Assembly (NCBI GenBank): GCA_020184695.1
Contig: JAANOX010000105.1
Coordinates: 1 to 36,426, forward strand
Length of the DNA: 36,426 nt
DNA from: Histomonas meleagridis 2922-C6/04-290x
Taxonomy: Eukaryota; Protista; Parabasalia
Direction of reading: 5' to 3'
Made by a program: the position numbers and the translations under genes. Positions 23,715-35,654 of this stretch are shown one piece after another; position 1 is the first letter of the stretch, and each line of letters begins with the position of its first letter. The notes under the pieces were generated by a model. That model was not told where the DNA came from and did no database searches. It saw only the letters and a program-made list of their open reading frames with translations.

Positions 23715-24486
23715 AATGTTTTTGGATATTTTAAGTGCACATGCTAGAAAAAGTGATTATAAAATTTCTGAAGGACGACTCTATCAGCTTTCGGAAAGTT
23801 ATATTTGGGGTGCCCTGTGACGATAGCGATGGAAACCGTTAATTTTTTTCAAACAAGATTGTTAAAGAGCCACATAATATATTCCCATGTTCAATAAAGC
23901 TTTGTTATAAAGCATATGAAATCTTTGGAAAAGAAATTGATGAAGTACGACATCATATTCGTTCATATAATGATATGCTTTTCCAACTGCTGATGGTCTT
24001 TACGTGTGATATAGATCCTTCAATATGTACAAGAACTTCCACATTTGGTTATGAAAGATTCTTGCAATTACATGGAAAGAAAGAAAATTCATCATTCAAA
24101 GATTTCGATCCTTTAAAAGTCGTAACTTTTTGCTTTAACACAGACTCATCAACAACAGACGAAATAAGACTTGTTGCTAAGGAATTGTTAGAAAATTTGA
24201 TGAATGAACCTTTAAGTATCGAAAAAGATCGAAAGAAATAAAAAATCAAATAGAGACAATGCTTCCATAAAAAACATTTCAGAATTGTTTTATCATGAAA
24301 ATTTTGGATAAAAAACGAAGTTTATCAGGCGTTTTCAATTTGCATAATCCATTTAGAGGAATAAATCATAATGACAACAAAACAGTTTGTGTTAACTCCT
24401 GTACTAGAGCAACAAATTTATTTTATCAAAAAGCAAAAAATTGGATGGAAAGTTGGCACTTCAAGAAATCAAGCTTTGAAGTTTGA
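23715..24486 (+). pseudogene. Decayed protein-coding sequence of unknown family
   Basis: Protein-like composition across several joined frames (MFLDILSAHARK...YEIFGKEIDEVRHHIRSYNDMLFQLL...) with stops. Family not recognised. Confidence 0.3.
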
Positions 24487-24644
24487 GTTTGTTATGTGAA
24501 ACAAACATTTGTATGTAGCAATATATCAATATATTTTCTTGTAATTATCACTTTCTTTGTTTAAGATATATTTAACATATAAAATAAAATGCATTTCAAA
24601 CACTAAAACATTAAAAAATGAAAATTAGAGAAGAATTTTTTTAT

Positions 24645-25370
24645 TCAATATGAATATTGAGGAACCTTATAAATTTGAGAATTTATTCCACTATTAATAA
24701 TCTCATTATAATTCGTAACATAATTCTCAAATATATCAATTCTTCTTCGAAATTCTTTTGCTCTTTGAATATCTTCTTCTGAATTTAAGATAAAGTTTAA
24801 TCGAAATACATCAAAACCATTATTTCTTTTAGAATCAAAATAATTAAAATAATTGAAATGAATTTCCGATGTTCGATTGGTTTTTGAAACAATCCCACAA
24901 ATTCGTAATCCAATGCCAACTGTATATAATTTGCGAAGCATCGTTTTATATTTACTTTTCCCTTGTGAAAATAATTTCGCAATTTCATGTAAATTTAAAC
25001 ATTTCTTGTTTAAATAAAAGAATAATTTAATAACTAGCATTGAAATATTATCAAGTCCTCCATTAGAACTACAATCAAAAAGCATTAATATTTCATTATT
25101 TTGTGAATTTTTTTCGATTTCTTCTTTAAATTTTTTTATCGTATTTTGAATATTATTCATACCAATCCATTGAAACATATCATTCGAACATCTTCGACAT
25201 ACTTCAATACCATCACAAACTGTGATGAAATCTTTCACTGTTCTTTTACTAACATTAAATTTTATACTAAGTTCTGAGATGAAAAATAATTTATTATTAT
25301 TGTTTTCTAAATGTTCTTCAAGTACTTTTAATATTGTAGCATCATTAACATTCATATTTTGTTGAATCAT
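24645..25370 (-). CDS. Atypical E2F-like protein with two winged-helix domains (E2F7/8/DEL-like)
   Basis: Intact frame from the first ATG at 25370. Domain 1: FFISELSIKFNVSKRTVKDFITVCDGIEVC...FQWIG. Domain 2: LNLHEIAKLF...MLRKLYTVGIGLRICGIVSKT. Confidence 0.65.
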   Translation of the reverse strand: MIQQNMNVNDATILKVLEEHLENNNNKLFFISELSIKFNVSKRTVKDFITVCDGIEVCRRCSNDMFQWIGMNNIQNTIKKFKEEIEKNSQNNEILMLFDCSSNGGLDNISMLVIKLFFYLNKKCLNLHEIAKLFSQGKSKYKTMLRKLYTVGIGLRICGIVSKTNRTSEIHFNYFNYFDSKRNNGFDVFRLNFILNSEEDIQRAKEFRRRIDIFENYVTNYNEIINSGINSQIYKVPQYSY

Positions 25371-26087
25371 TTGTTCAAGTGAACTCAAATATTTTAAATA
25401 TACTTGAAAAATATATCATTAAAAATGTTAAAATTATTATTTCCTTTGAATAATATTTGAAAAAAAACAAATATTTATGATATAATTAATATGAGAAATA
25501 TTATTTGAAAAAAATTATAAATCTTATATTAATTTTTATATTAAGATATTAATATTTTTATAATAAATGTTGGTTTGGTCTTCTGCATAGAATTTGAACG
25601 TTATTTAAATTTTATGAGGGCAAATACGTCTGGTTAAACAGTCAATTTATGAACTTTTTAAGAATATAAAATTAATTTAACGTTGGAAATTATAAATTTT
25701 ATGATAAAATTTCATGTCTTATGAATATGTTGAATTGATTAGCGGTATTTAAATAAATTAGTGAACATTAACTTATAAATTTATATTATCATTTCTCATC
25801 ACATGTTAATAATTTTAAGGATGTGATTGAATGACTCATATAATTTAATTATCACTTACTTTATGATTTTTGTTTTGTAATAATATGAAAATAAAATAAA
25901 TTTATGAGTATATTCTGTAGTAATAGACACATAATATTTCAAACATAACATTCATCTTATTCGTAAATTGTTTGTCACTCATAAGAATTTGCGCATTATG
26001 CAATCGAGATTTAGTATCATTTAGATTTAGGTTTTTTGCATGTCTTAATGTTACTCATATCAATTTTCTTAATTGTAACATTGATTT

Positions 26088-26540
26088 TTATGATATATTA
26101 AAATTCAACTGTGAGTATTGTAGGCAAGAAACTGTTATTTTTGGCTGCTTGAATGTGTAAATTATCGGTAGCGTTGATAAAGACAGAGATTTTATGCCCT
26201 TCATCGAACATAAGTGCATTTCATCATTTTCATCAATGCAGTGGTTGTACTCACAAACATAAGTTCCAAGTGAGTAATAATATGCTGTTTCATCCTCAAA
26301 AGAAATTGCGTGATCACAAATGGCAGAAAGTTGCTTGTATTGACAAGAACAACATACACAACAATTATCAACATCAACTTTCTCGACAAGATGTTCAACA
26401 AACCTTTTTCTGTCTTTAAATTTTTCTAGATATGGGAACCTAAATCCATGCAAACTCAAATATTCAAGAGTAATGTATTAGTTTTCAAATGTTTGGCCAA
26501 ACACAAAGTAGGTGTTCAGTAACAAAAATATCATGACAAC
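26088..26540 (-). pseudogene. ZNF622/Rei1-like fragment (copy 3)
   Basis: SLHGFRFPYLEKFKDRKRFVEHLVEKVDVDNCCVCCSCQYKQLSAICDHAISFEDE, clearly homologous to copies 1 and 2. The 5' part is broken. Confidence 0.75.
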
Positions 26541-26836
26541 CAAAACAAAGAAATTTATTGATCCTTCTGAAATCAATCAAGATTCGCGAAAGAACAGTGC
26601 ACATGGATCTAGACTCATAAGCTCAAGCAAATCAGGGATGGGTAGGCTTGCCCAAGACTTCTACAAGAATTATCGATGGAAGTGAACACAAAATTTATTC
26701 CTTTTTCATCTTGTTCACATGATATATGAAAATTATTGCTTCTCAAGGAATAAATCATGAGATTATTTAGAAAGTAAAATAATATATATATTATGTTTTT
26801 CATTTCGGTGTATATAAATATTTCCCATAAATCCCT

Positions 26837-26862
26837 ATATATATATATATATATATATATAT
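26837..26862. repeat. (TA)n microsatellite
   Basis: Uninterrupted TA run of about 13 units. Confidence 0.9.
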
Positions 26863-27370
26863 TTAGACGTAGTTAATGTCCAAAATCAATAATCAGTGAA
26901 ATGTTATCCACAAAAAAAATGTTGGGGAACTCTCATCTAATTCCTAAATGTGGAAATGTTTGATGACTACGAAATTATGCATAGATTTCAGGTTTGGCTC
27001 GGGTCACAGATGCTTTGATTGAAACTCCTTTGCCTGATGGCTTGAGTAATTAAAAAAATTCAACAGCTTTGAGGCGAGAATGCTTTTACCATTGCTTCGT
27101 TTCCTAGAACGAACAATAACAAATGTTTCTGCAAAGTGTTTTACTTGATTAAAATTGCTTTGAGCCCAAGGTACCATCCATCGTTTCGGCAACCGTTATT
27201 AACGTTCTCTTTATCATAGTTTCTATTAAATAGTGTTCATATTTTTAGGCATTTCATAGCCTGCTCGTATCATGTTTTTGATATTTTCTTTTGTTTTTTG
27301 AAAATTTGAATTTTTAGCACTCTTTCTTTTTTAAAAGGTACAGCGGCAGAAAGCGGTTTTGATATTTTTA

Positions 27371-30300
27371 CAAGACGCTGTCAACCAAATAAACGGTCGT
27401 TTTAAAACAAAAAATTAATTTTTTTTCATTTTCCTCTGAATCAAATTTAAAGAAATTAAGAAAAAATTATTATATATAACAAATTTAATAAAATTAATAT
27501 GGCTAGATTTTGTTATCTTATTTTTTTATGATCAATCTCGAATATTTTAAAATGCTTTTTTGGGCTTTAGGATAAATTACAGAAGTTCAAATTCAAAATA
27601 TAAATAGTACTAATAATAGTCAATATAAGTTTATATAAATTTTTTTTAATTTTCATCTTGTTTTCAAGTTATACAAGATTTTCTATATCTAATGACCAGA
27701 GCAAAAACTCAAAAATCTGTCTTTGCAAATTTTTATAATTTATTTGTTATGTAAATAGGATAATTATTGTAGCAGTTTATTCATTATTAGAGGCTCTGGA
27801 CAAAGAAGAAAAAATAACTTTTTGAATTGATTATGCGGTTACAAATCCATCAAGATTTGAATGGGTAGTCAAATTTTAATACTTTACCAAAAAAAATTGA
27901 AAGCAAATCCATCAAGCAGAAAATGTCGAGTTCCGAGACGGGTGAGCAATGCTCACAAGAAAAATCAGAAAATATAGTGATTAGTTACCTAATCATAAGC
28001 GACAGTAACATTTTCAAAAAATACAAAAATTATCAATTCGATGATAAGATTAAAATTTTTTTTCCTGCCAACTATTCTTAGAAAAAATTATCAATTCATC
28101 CCAGTTCTACACCATTATAGTCAAAAAATTTGATATGATTCAATTATATCAAAATTTATTTGCAATTCATCACTTTCTGTTACATCATAATTCATTATTA
28201 AATGGAAGACCAAATCAAAACAAAAACTGGTCAAATGATGAAATTTTTTGTTTATTATCCAAACTCGTATTAACAATTAACAGATCAAATATTAAAATAC
28301 AGACTAGATCAGAAAATGCATGTAGAACTAAAATTTCTTCGATAATTAATTTAGTGAACAACACATCTTTATTCGAATGTTACCCTATTTCATATGAAAT
28401 TCAAAGTAATTATGATGAGGATAGAGTTGATAATGATGAAACTCAAAGTAATCACGATGAGGATAGAGTTGATAATAATGAAATTCAAGTTAATGCATAT
28501 GAAATCGAAAGTATAAAATTTATATACACAGCACACCAGAAAAAAAGAAAGATTAGGGAAAAAGTTCAAAAAAAAATGTTAAAGAATAAAATGCAATTTA
28601 TGAGATCTCAGAAAAAAACAAAAAATATTAAACAAAATCCAATAATTAAGTTAGCCTTAAACGACTTTAGTGATAAAAATAAAATACGAAAATATGATGA
28701 TGAATTTGAACATGTAATTCATCAGTGTCGAAATGTTTTAGGACTTGGTCGTCATAAAGTTTATGATGATAGAACAAAAGAGTATTGGATCAATGAATAT
28801 ATTTTAGGTTCTAAATCTTTTGGATTCCACCGTAATTTATTTCAAGGTCCATCAATAAATTCAATTAAAAAATGGATAAAGGAATCATTCATACCATCTT
28901 TTGAAGAATTTATAAATATTGATAATATAATTAGAATTCATTTATTTTGGAAAAATCTCTATAACATCGACACTACAACTGCAACCCTCTCTATTGATGC
29001 AATGAAAGTCGATGAGGATTTGATTTTGGATAAAAATGGAAATGTTACAGGTATATTAGAACCAATTGTTTTAAAATATAAACCTGATGACTATCGTCGA
29101 TACATTAATCTTTATAAAGAATTATGGAAAGAAAACGTAGACAAAAATAATCTTATTGGAGGAATGTTTGTTTTTACAATTTGTCCTCACTCTGCAACAC
29201 CATCCTTCCCTATTCATGTATATCTTTCAAATAATGGTGCAGCAGATGATAAAGTTGATAAATAAATAGAAGAAATTCGTATAAAATTGAAAAATGTTAA
29301 TTTAAATATTACAATAATATCAACTGATACTGATACCCATTATAAAAGCAAATTTGGAGAACAATTCAATGAAATATCAAAAGAATTTACAAATAATCCA
29401 TATTTGGACGAATTTCCAATTCCTACACAAACATATTCGAATGATATGGCCCATTTGTTAACAAGGGCCAGAAAAAGACTTGTTAAAAAAAACAATTTAT
29501 TTGTATGTAAAAATGATCAAATAAATTTTCAAAAGAAACATCAAAATGTTAATGTAGTTTATATTGATTTAATTAAGAGTTTTGATATTACGCTTACTGA
29601 TTGTTTTTTCAAAAATAGTCGTCACGATGCAATGGATGACTTTTATAAAAGTCAGAACATTTTTTTGCACTTCTTAGAAATAAAGCAGGAAATAAGCAAA
29701 CCATAGAATCCATAAAACGGGCATTTGATCGCATTGTTATTTCTAGAAAATACAATTATTTTGTAAATGATAGAATTTCAAGAAGAATGTTTGAAACTGG
29801 GATATTGAAAGAAGGAAATTTTGTACTTACAAACGAAGAAGTTTGGAATTGTAAAGTATTTTCACTGAAGTTATTTTATTTATGTGGACAAGTTTTTCCA
29901 AGAGAAAGTGCTGCTTATAATCTGTTACAAGATGTTGATAACGAATCTATAAACTCAAATTTTAATGAGTGGGATGCTAGTTTAATTGATAGCCTAACTA
30001 AAGAAGGAACATTTACTAATGGGAATGCAAATCAAAATTGGATTCTGACTGCTTCAAAACACAGATTGACCAATAAAGTTGGAAGAAACATTGCTTCCAG
30101 GTATTATACGAAATTAAACAGTAAGTAAAACTACTTTTCAATATTTCTTTAATCATACTTGTGTGTATAAGCCTCTGGCTTAGCTGTGGCTGATTGATGG
30201 ATTGTGTTGTTTTGACTTAGACGATCATTTTTAGCTCAAAAAGTGTATTGTATTGCATACAAATTCAAATGGAAAGTGACTAAATTCAAAGGAAATGAAA

Positions 30301-30441
30301 TTTTTAGAAAATTATTTTATCTTCATAAAAATTTGTCTGCTGTCCTCATATGTTATATATTGGAATGTACTAAGCATATTACAAATAATTTCAAAATTAA
30401 AAATAAATCTATAAGAGGGAAAGTTGGTTGACACTGTCTTA
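27371..30441 (+). mobile_element. Decayed P-element/THAP9-like DNA transposon with candidate 18-bp TIRs
   Basis: CAAGACGCTGTCAACCAA (27371-27388) versus the reverse complement of 30424-30441, TAAGACAGTGTCAACCAA (15/18). These bracket the transposase. No 7-8 bp TSD seen. Confidence 0.55.
27923..30128 (+). pseudogene. P-element/THAP9-like DDE transposase
   Basis: Motifs in order: LSIDAMKV (D at 28996), IISTDTD (D at 29326), NDMAHLLTRARKRL (DxxH, 29443-29454), SEHFFALLR (E at 29655). Premature TAA at 29263-29265 and frameshifts near 28060-28135 and 29650. Confidence 0.75.
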
Positions 30442-30611
30442 TAAGTACTTAAGTATACTTTTTACCTTATTCTAACTAATTGATTGGCAGGCCAGAATTG
30501 AAAGTAACATGTCTATTTGAATTGATTCATGATGAAAAAAATCAATTCAAGAAAAAATTGTAAATTTTGTTCTCTACAAATGGCAGAAAGTTGCTTGATA
30601 TAAATTTATAT

Positions 30612-32183
30612 TGTTGTTGGTGCATCATCTGTCTTTCACTAGGCTTCGCTGTTCCTGCGGATGGTTCTTATTGCATTTGATAATATTTTTGTTAACAATC
30701 TTCAATCAATGGTGAATATGTTTCAATTCCCAAAGATGAGAACGATCCATTCCTTACACCCGGGTCAGTAGTTACCAGTGGTAGTGGAACCATGCTTACA
30801 CTTTGCGTGGGTCATCAATCAGAAATTCCAAATACGACATTGAAAAATCCTAATTCCCTTCTAATTCGTATTGATTCCTTTGGTAGTCGCCTTGAGAAGA
30901 AAGTTTCGCAAATTTCTTCGTTATTTTCTTATCTTTTCTTATATGTAATCCTTGGAATTTGTTACATTTAGCATATACATTATCAACTATATGGAGCGAA
31001 AAGTTTCTAGTGAAGACTTTTCACAGTTTTGTTTACTTGAATCTGTTGGACTCATAAACATTATATGTACCAACAAAACTGGAGTATTAACCAAGAACCA
31101 AATGAATGCTGATCAATGTATAATAAATAATTGCATATGACGATTCGAGGACAGGGATAATAAACTTTTCAACAGAAATAAAACCACTTTTAGCACGTAT
31201 TCAAATACGTTTTCATTAAGTTGTAATATGAATGACTAATGTTTGACAACAATTGATCAATCATTATGAAAGTTAGTTGATACATTTGGATATAATTCGC
31301 AAACAATACAAAATAACTCAAAAATTGTTAAATATTTCCAATTTGATTATTCGAAGATGGTTATATCACAATGTGTATAGCACAAAAATTTATCAAAAAT
31401 ATTCCGGAAACAAAAGATGTTATAGAATCAAATTTAACATTAGTTACAATTTTACGTATTAATAACCAATACGCGAAAATTCATTAAAATCAATTATAGA
31501 ATGTCATAGTGCAGGTGCAAAAGTTATAATGATTACAGGCGATAGTTTAATTCCATCTAACGCTATGCCAAAAATGCAATATCTTAACAAGAGGGAAGAT
31601 TTCACTTACAGCTAAAGAGTTCTTTAAGATGCAATATCAATCGCAAATTAAGCTTCTTCCGAAAATTGGTGTTATAGCACGTGTCTCATCAAGTGATAAA
31701 CGAAATACTATAAACTTATTACAAAAAATTAAAGCAAATAATATCATTGGAATCACATAAAGTATTTCAAGATCAATTCAACCAAATATTAAATCATCGA
31801 AAGTTATTAACATTGGAAATGATTTCAAATCAATTTCAAGTTATTTTAAATGGAATAGTTGTTTATTATATAAAATTCGAACTTTTGTACAGTCCCAATT
31901 AATTACTATAATAACTAAACAATTAACATCACTTGTAACATCATTTTTTATATCTGAAATAATATTTAATGGATTTCAAACACTTTATACCAATTTTTTG
32001 ATAATAACTTTGGGTGCAATTGCATTAAGTTATGGGAAACCTAAAAATTATATGTTAAAGAAAAAGAAATTTGATAAGAATTCATCAATGTTAACACTTA
32101 TGGTCAAAAATGTGTCTTTTCAAGCTATATTAATGTTTATTATCATATTAAAATTAATAAATGAAATATATTTTAAGTTATAA
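30612..32183 (+). pseudogene. P-type (P2B/PMCA-like) Ca2+-ATPase, fragmented
   Basis: AVPADG...SSINGEYV...DPFLTPGSVVTSGSGTMLTLCVG; ICTNKTGVLTKNQM (DKTGT changed to NKTGV at 31072); AGAKVIMITGDS; IARVSSSDK; FKSISSYFKW; TLGAIALSYGKP. Many stops and deletions. Confidence 0.85.
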
Positions 32184-33238
32184 TACAAATCGAACAATGT
32201 GATAGATATCATATACATGGATAATGTATTTGTTCATTTATAAATAAACTAATTTATCTCTTAAAATGTTAAAATCTTTCTATTTGGTGACCGTTAAAAT
32301 GAGTATTACGGATATTTTTGTCTTTTTCAGTGGCCGGATTTCATAAACTATTCAAAAACCCCATGAAAATATGATTTACAAGGAAAAGTGACAACTAATT
32401 AGGTTCGTGGCCATCCATCACATTTTTACCCATACAACAAAAGTTCATAATCACATCAATACAGTTGCGAACAGAGACACCAAAATCGAGGATTTTAAGT
32501 TGGTCGAAAGAAAAACAAACTCATCTAGTACAAGTCAAAATATTATGATAAAAAAGGCTTGTTACATTGGTACTTAACAATATACTTCAACTAATCAATT
32601 GTCCACAACTTCATATGTTTACAATGTTGTTTGAAAACTATAGTTTCTTCCCTGTTTTTCAAGTTTTCAATTGTTCTACATATATCATTCAAAATGATAC
32701 AAATCTTCTAAATATCAACATTTTACAACGTAGTAGTCTAATAGACCTTGTATTTACATATATGCAATTTTTCACTCTATTTAACATAAATTTTGATGAT
32801 ATTAGTTTTCTCAATTAAGAGTTATAAATTGATGTCTTTGATAGTGATAATAAATTCTTATCATATATATTAAATGAATCATTGTAAGTGATAATTCCGC
32901 CTATTATATTTTATTTCTCCCCTCCATCTGACACATCTTTCATTAAAACATTTATCAATTTTAATTATATAAGTGGGTTCAGTAACAGAATGCAGAATTA
33001 CACTTTTCAATTGAATGATACAAGTATGCGTAATATGATTCATATTTTCATAATGATCGTCAAAACCGATTATCAAATATACCACTTCTTTAATAGGATG
33101 TTGAATGATAAATTAATAATATGAACAAATGACAAATGATAAAATTTTGATAAAAGATATGCATAGTGAAGCCCCTCAAGTAAGATTGAAATCGTTTGCC
33201 ACAAACAATCTTTTAATGTAATTTGATCGGCATCTGAA

Positions 33239-34423
33239 TTGAGAAGACATTTGGTTAATATGTGGGCAGTTGTTGATCATTTAAGATACAAACCAAAACT
33301 TTTTCAAGCAGGGGTCTTGAGGGGTTTTTCTGTGGTTCCACTTTCTGTTTTGGCCAAGCCACAAAAGAAATCTCCAGTTTTATGTCCTTTTCCAGGTTCT
33401 TTCAAACTTGTTTCTTTATTACTTGCACCAACTATTTCTTTCTCTCTTTTATGTATGCATATCTTCCAATCAATGCAAAATAACCAAATTTTTTCATTCA
33501 TTCATAGCAAAAACAGAAGCGTCGACAAGCTGTTATTCATAATATTAACAATGCAAAACAGAAGCGTTGTCAGGTACATGAATAAAAACCACATCTATCA
33601 TGTCAACAAAATGCCAAACTTCCAAGCAATCTACATCAATTAAACCAAAGTAAACACAACAAGGCCATCAAATTTGACCGAATTTACTGATGAAGACATT
33701 TTCAACCTTTATCCAACTCAGTACTACCGAGATCTTGTCTCACAAAACAAGCGCACATCCTTCAAGAATCGCGACCTTTTTGCCAAATCTTATTTTGGCC
33801 TCAAGTATTTTTATGATGAAACGAATTACCGCTGGGCATTTCGAGCCTGTGATGACACTGCCATTAATTATAAGCTCTTAGACAGTTATATTGATGAACT
33901 TGAGGACAAGTATAATCCATTGGAAGATGCTGTCATCCTTGGAAATTGTGTGTATAATCGTTATGGAAATTACCTACAAGGCGGGTCTGGTTACCTTTAC
34001 TCGAGAAAGGCTGTTGAGAAAATGCTTTCGCATTATCCGGAAGTAGTTTTAAAAGTAAACAGAGCAGAAGACATATATCACAATGTGTTTCTCCAGCGAC
34101 TAAACATTAGTTTGGAAAATGCAACTTCGACACAGTCCATAGGACATAACTTCTACAAAATGGACAACCAAAGGATCATCAAAAAAAACTTTTCGGATAT
34201 TCCACTTTGCGCAAAGGTAATGACTCATAACCCGAATGACCATTGCACACCATTTCATGCACCTACCAACAAAATTATGTTTTTTCACATGTTGAGACAT
34301 AATATAACGAACGGAGAATTCCTAAAGATCGCAGATTCTTTGTTTAGCGCAGATGACTCAATACACTTCACCATGGTAAGCACTGGGATATGCAACCCTT
34401 ATTTGTGCAGAGACGTAAAATAA
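33239..34423 (+). pseudogene. GT31 (galactosyltransferase/Fringe-like) glycosyltransferase with one in-frame stop
   Basis: RWAFRACDDTAIN (DDT motif), YLQGGSGYLYSRKAV, AED. ORFs 33239-33643 and 33674-34423 are in the same frame, separated by TAA at 33641-33643. A hydrophobic anchor lies upstream of the stop. True start unknown. Confidence 0.7.
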
Positions 34424-34880
34424 ATACATAAAATTAATATACTTTATCTTTGTCTGAGAAAATGCAATTATATTTAGAAATCAAAAACTTATCATTCTAA
34501 AAGATATTTTTGTTTTTTTGGAAAAGCTGTGTTTGCATAAGTGATTATATAGCTATTATCGAACTACACCACTTTAATACCTCCGAATAATTTACTAACA
34601 TAATCATATGTATTACTTTCACAACAATAACTATCAGTATCTGCTTTTACTAATTCTATATCATTAGCATCACATAATAATCGAATTGATTTAATTAGTA
34701 CATTTTCTTCAGCAAACTAATACTTATTCACTATTAAAGGGTTGTTTTCAATAATATCTATAATTAAAATTAATGCTTGTATTAGCAAATCTCTGAAATT
34801 ATTAAACAAATGAAATTAAATATTTATTATTAAACATATACCATACATTGAATCAATCAATTTTTATATCGATGATTTAG

Positions 34881-34977
34881 TAATATATATATATATATAT
34901 GTATATATATATGTATATATATATGTATATATATATGTATATATATATGTATATATATATGTATATATATATATATA
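34881..34977. repeat. Compound (TA)n/(TATATATATG)n microsatellite
   Basis: Directly visible TA run punctuated by G at roughly 10-bp spacing. Confidence 0.9.
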
Positions 34978-35401
34978 ATGGTTGCATATAGTAATGATAT
35001 TTAAAAATGTAAGAAATTAGGTATTAATAATATATATAATATATATAATAATGATAATGATATTTATAATAAATTTATTAATAAGAAGATTAAATTACCA
35101 TCACAACACACACACTATATTTACTCACGATGTGGGGTTCCCTTACATCGTATTTCATATTTTTAAAGAAATATGGAATCATCCGTTAAAATTTATTTGT
35201 TTATATATTCATTTTATATATATTCATTTTATATATATTCATTTGTTTATATATTCATTTATATACAAAATACATATATTGAAATATCGTTCCTATCAAA
35301 AAGTTTCGCGTTCTCTCAAAATTGAATGTGCATTCAAATTTTCAGACGAATTGTATGGCTCACAAAAATCATTTCGATTTTTGTTGCGAGCGGAGCGAGC
35401 A

Positions 35402-35573
35402 CACTCGGGGGATTGGAGGGGTCTGAGGCCTCCGGAGGGGTCCGAAGAACACCTCCGGAGGCCGAAGACCCCGGAAATCCCCCAGTGAAAACTTAAGGTC
35501 GGGAATGATCACGAGGACCCTAGGGGCCCCGTCCCCGGCGGGGCCCCTAGGGTCCTCGTGATCATTCCCGACC
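35402..35573. other. Two adjacent GC-rich hairpins
   Basis: Hairpin 1 (35402-35487): stems of 4, 8, 7 and 12 bp. Hairpin 2 (35497-35573): perfect 35-bp stem with a 7-nt loop. Confidence 0.95.
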
Positions 35574-35654
35574 GCATTATATACCTACCAGCTTGAATTG
35601 TTGCGTTTTTATTTTTTAATAAATCTATATCACCTTTATATTGAGTTTTTTTTT

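Noticed and set aside
6212-33501. Numerous short antisense or overlapping ORFs in the supplied track (e.g. 6212-6499, 8016-8306, 20563-21608, 22418-22624, 33304-33501)
   Set aside because: They are shadows of genes or pseudogenes on the other strand or frame, often start at non-ATG codons, and have no motifs.
35051-35488. 145-aa ORF
   Set aside because: Runs through low-complexity TATTCATTT repeats and hairpin 1; composition reflects the DNA structure, not a protein.
15563-35547. GGGGCCCC shared by the TIR element and hairpin 2
   Set aside because: The four copies reduce to two independent occurrences because each pair is a mirror image; too little to claim a shared site.
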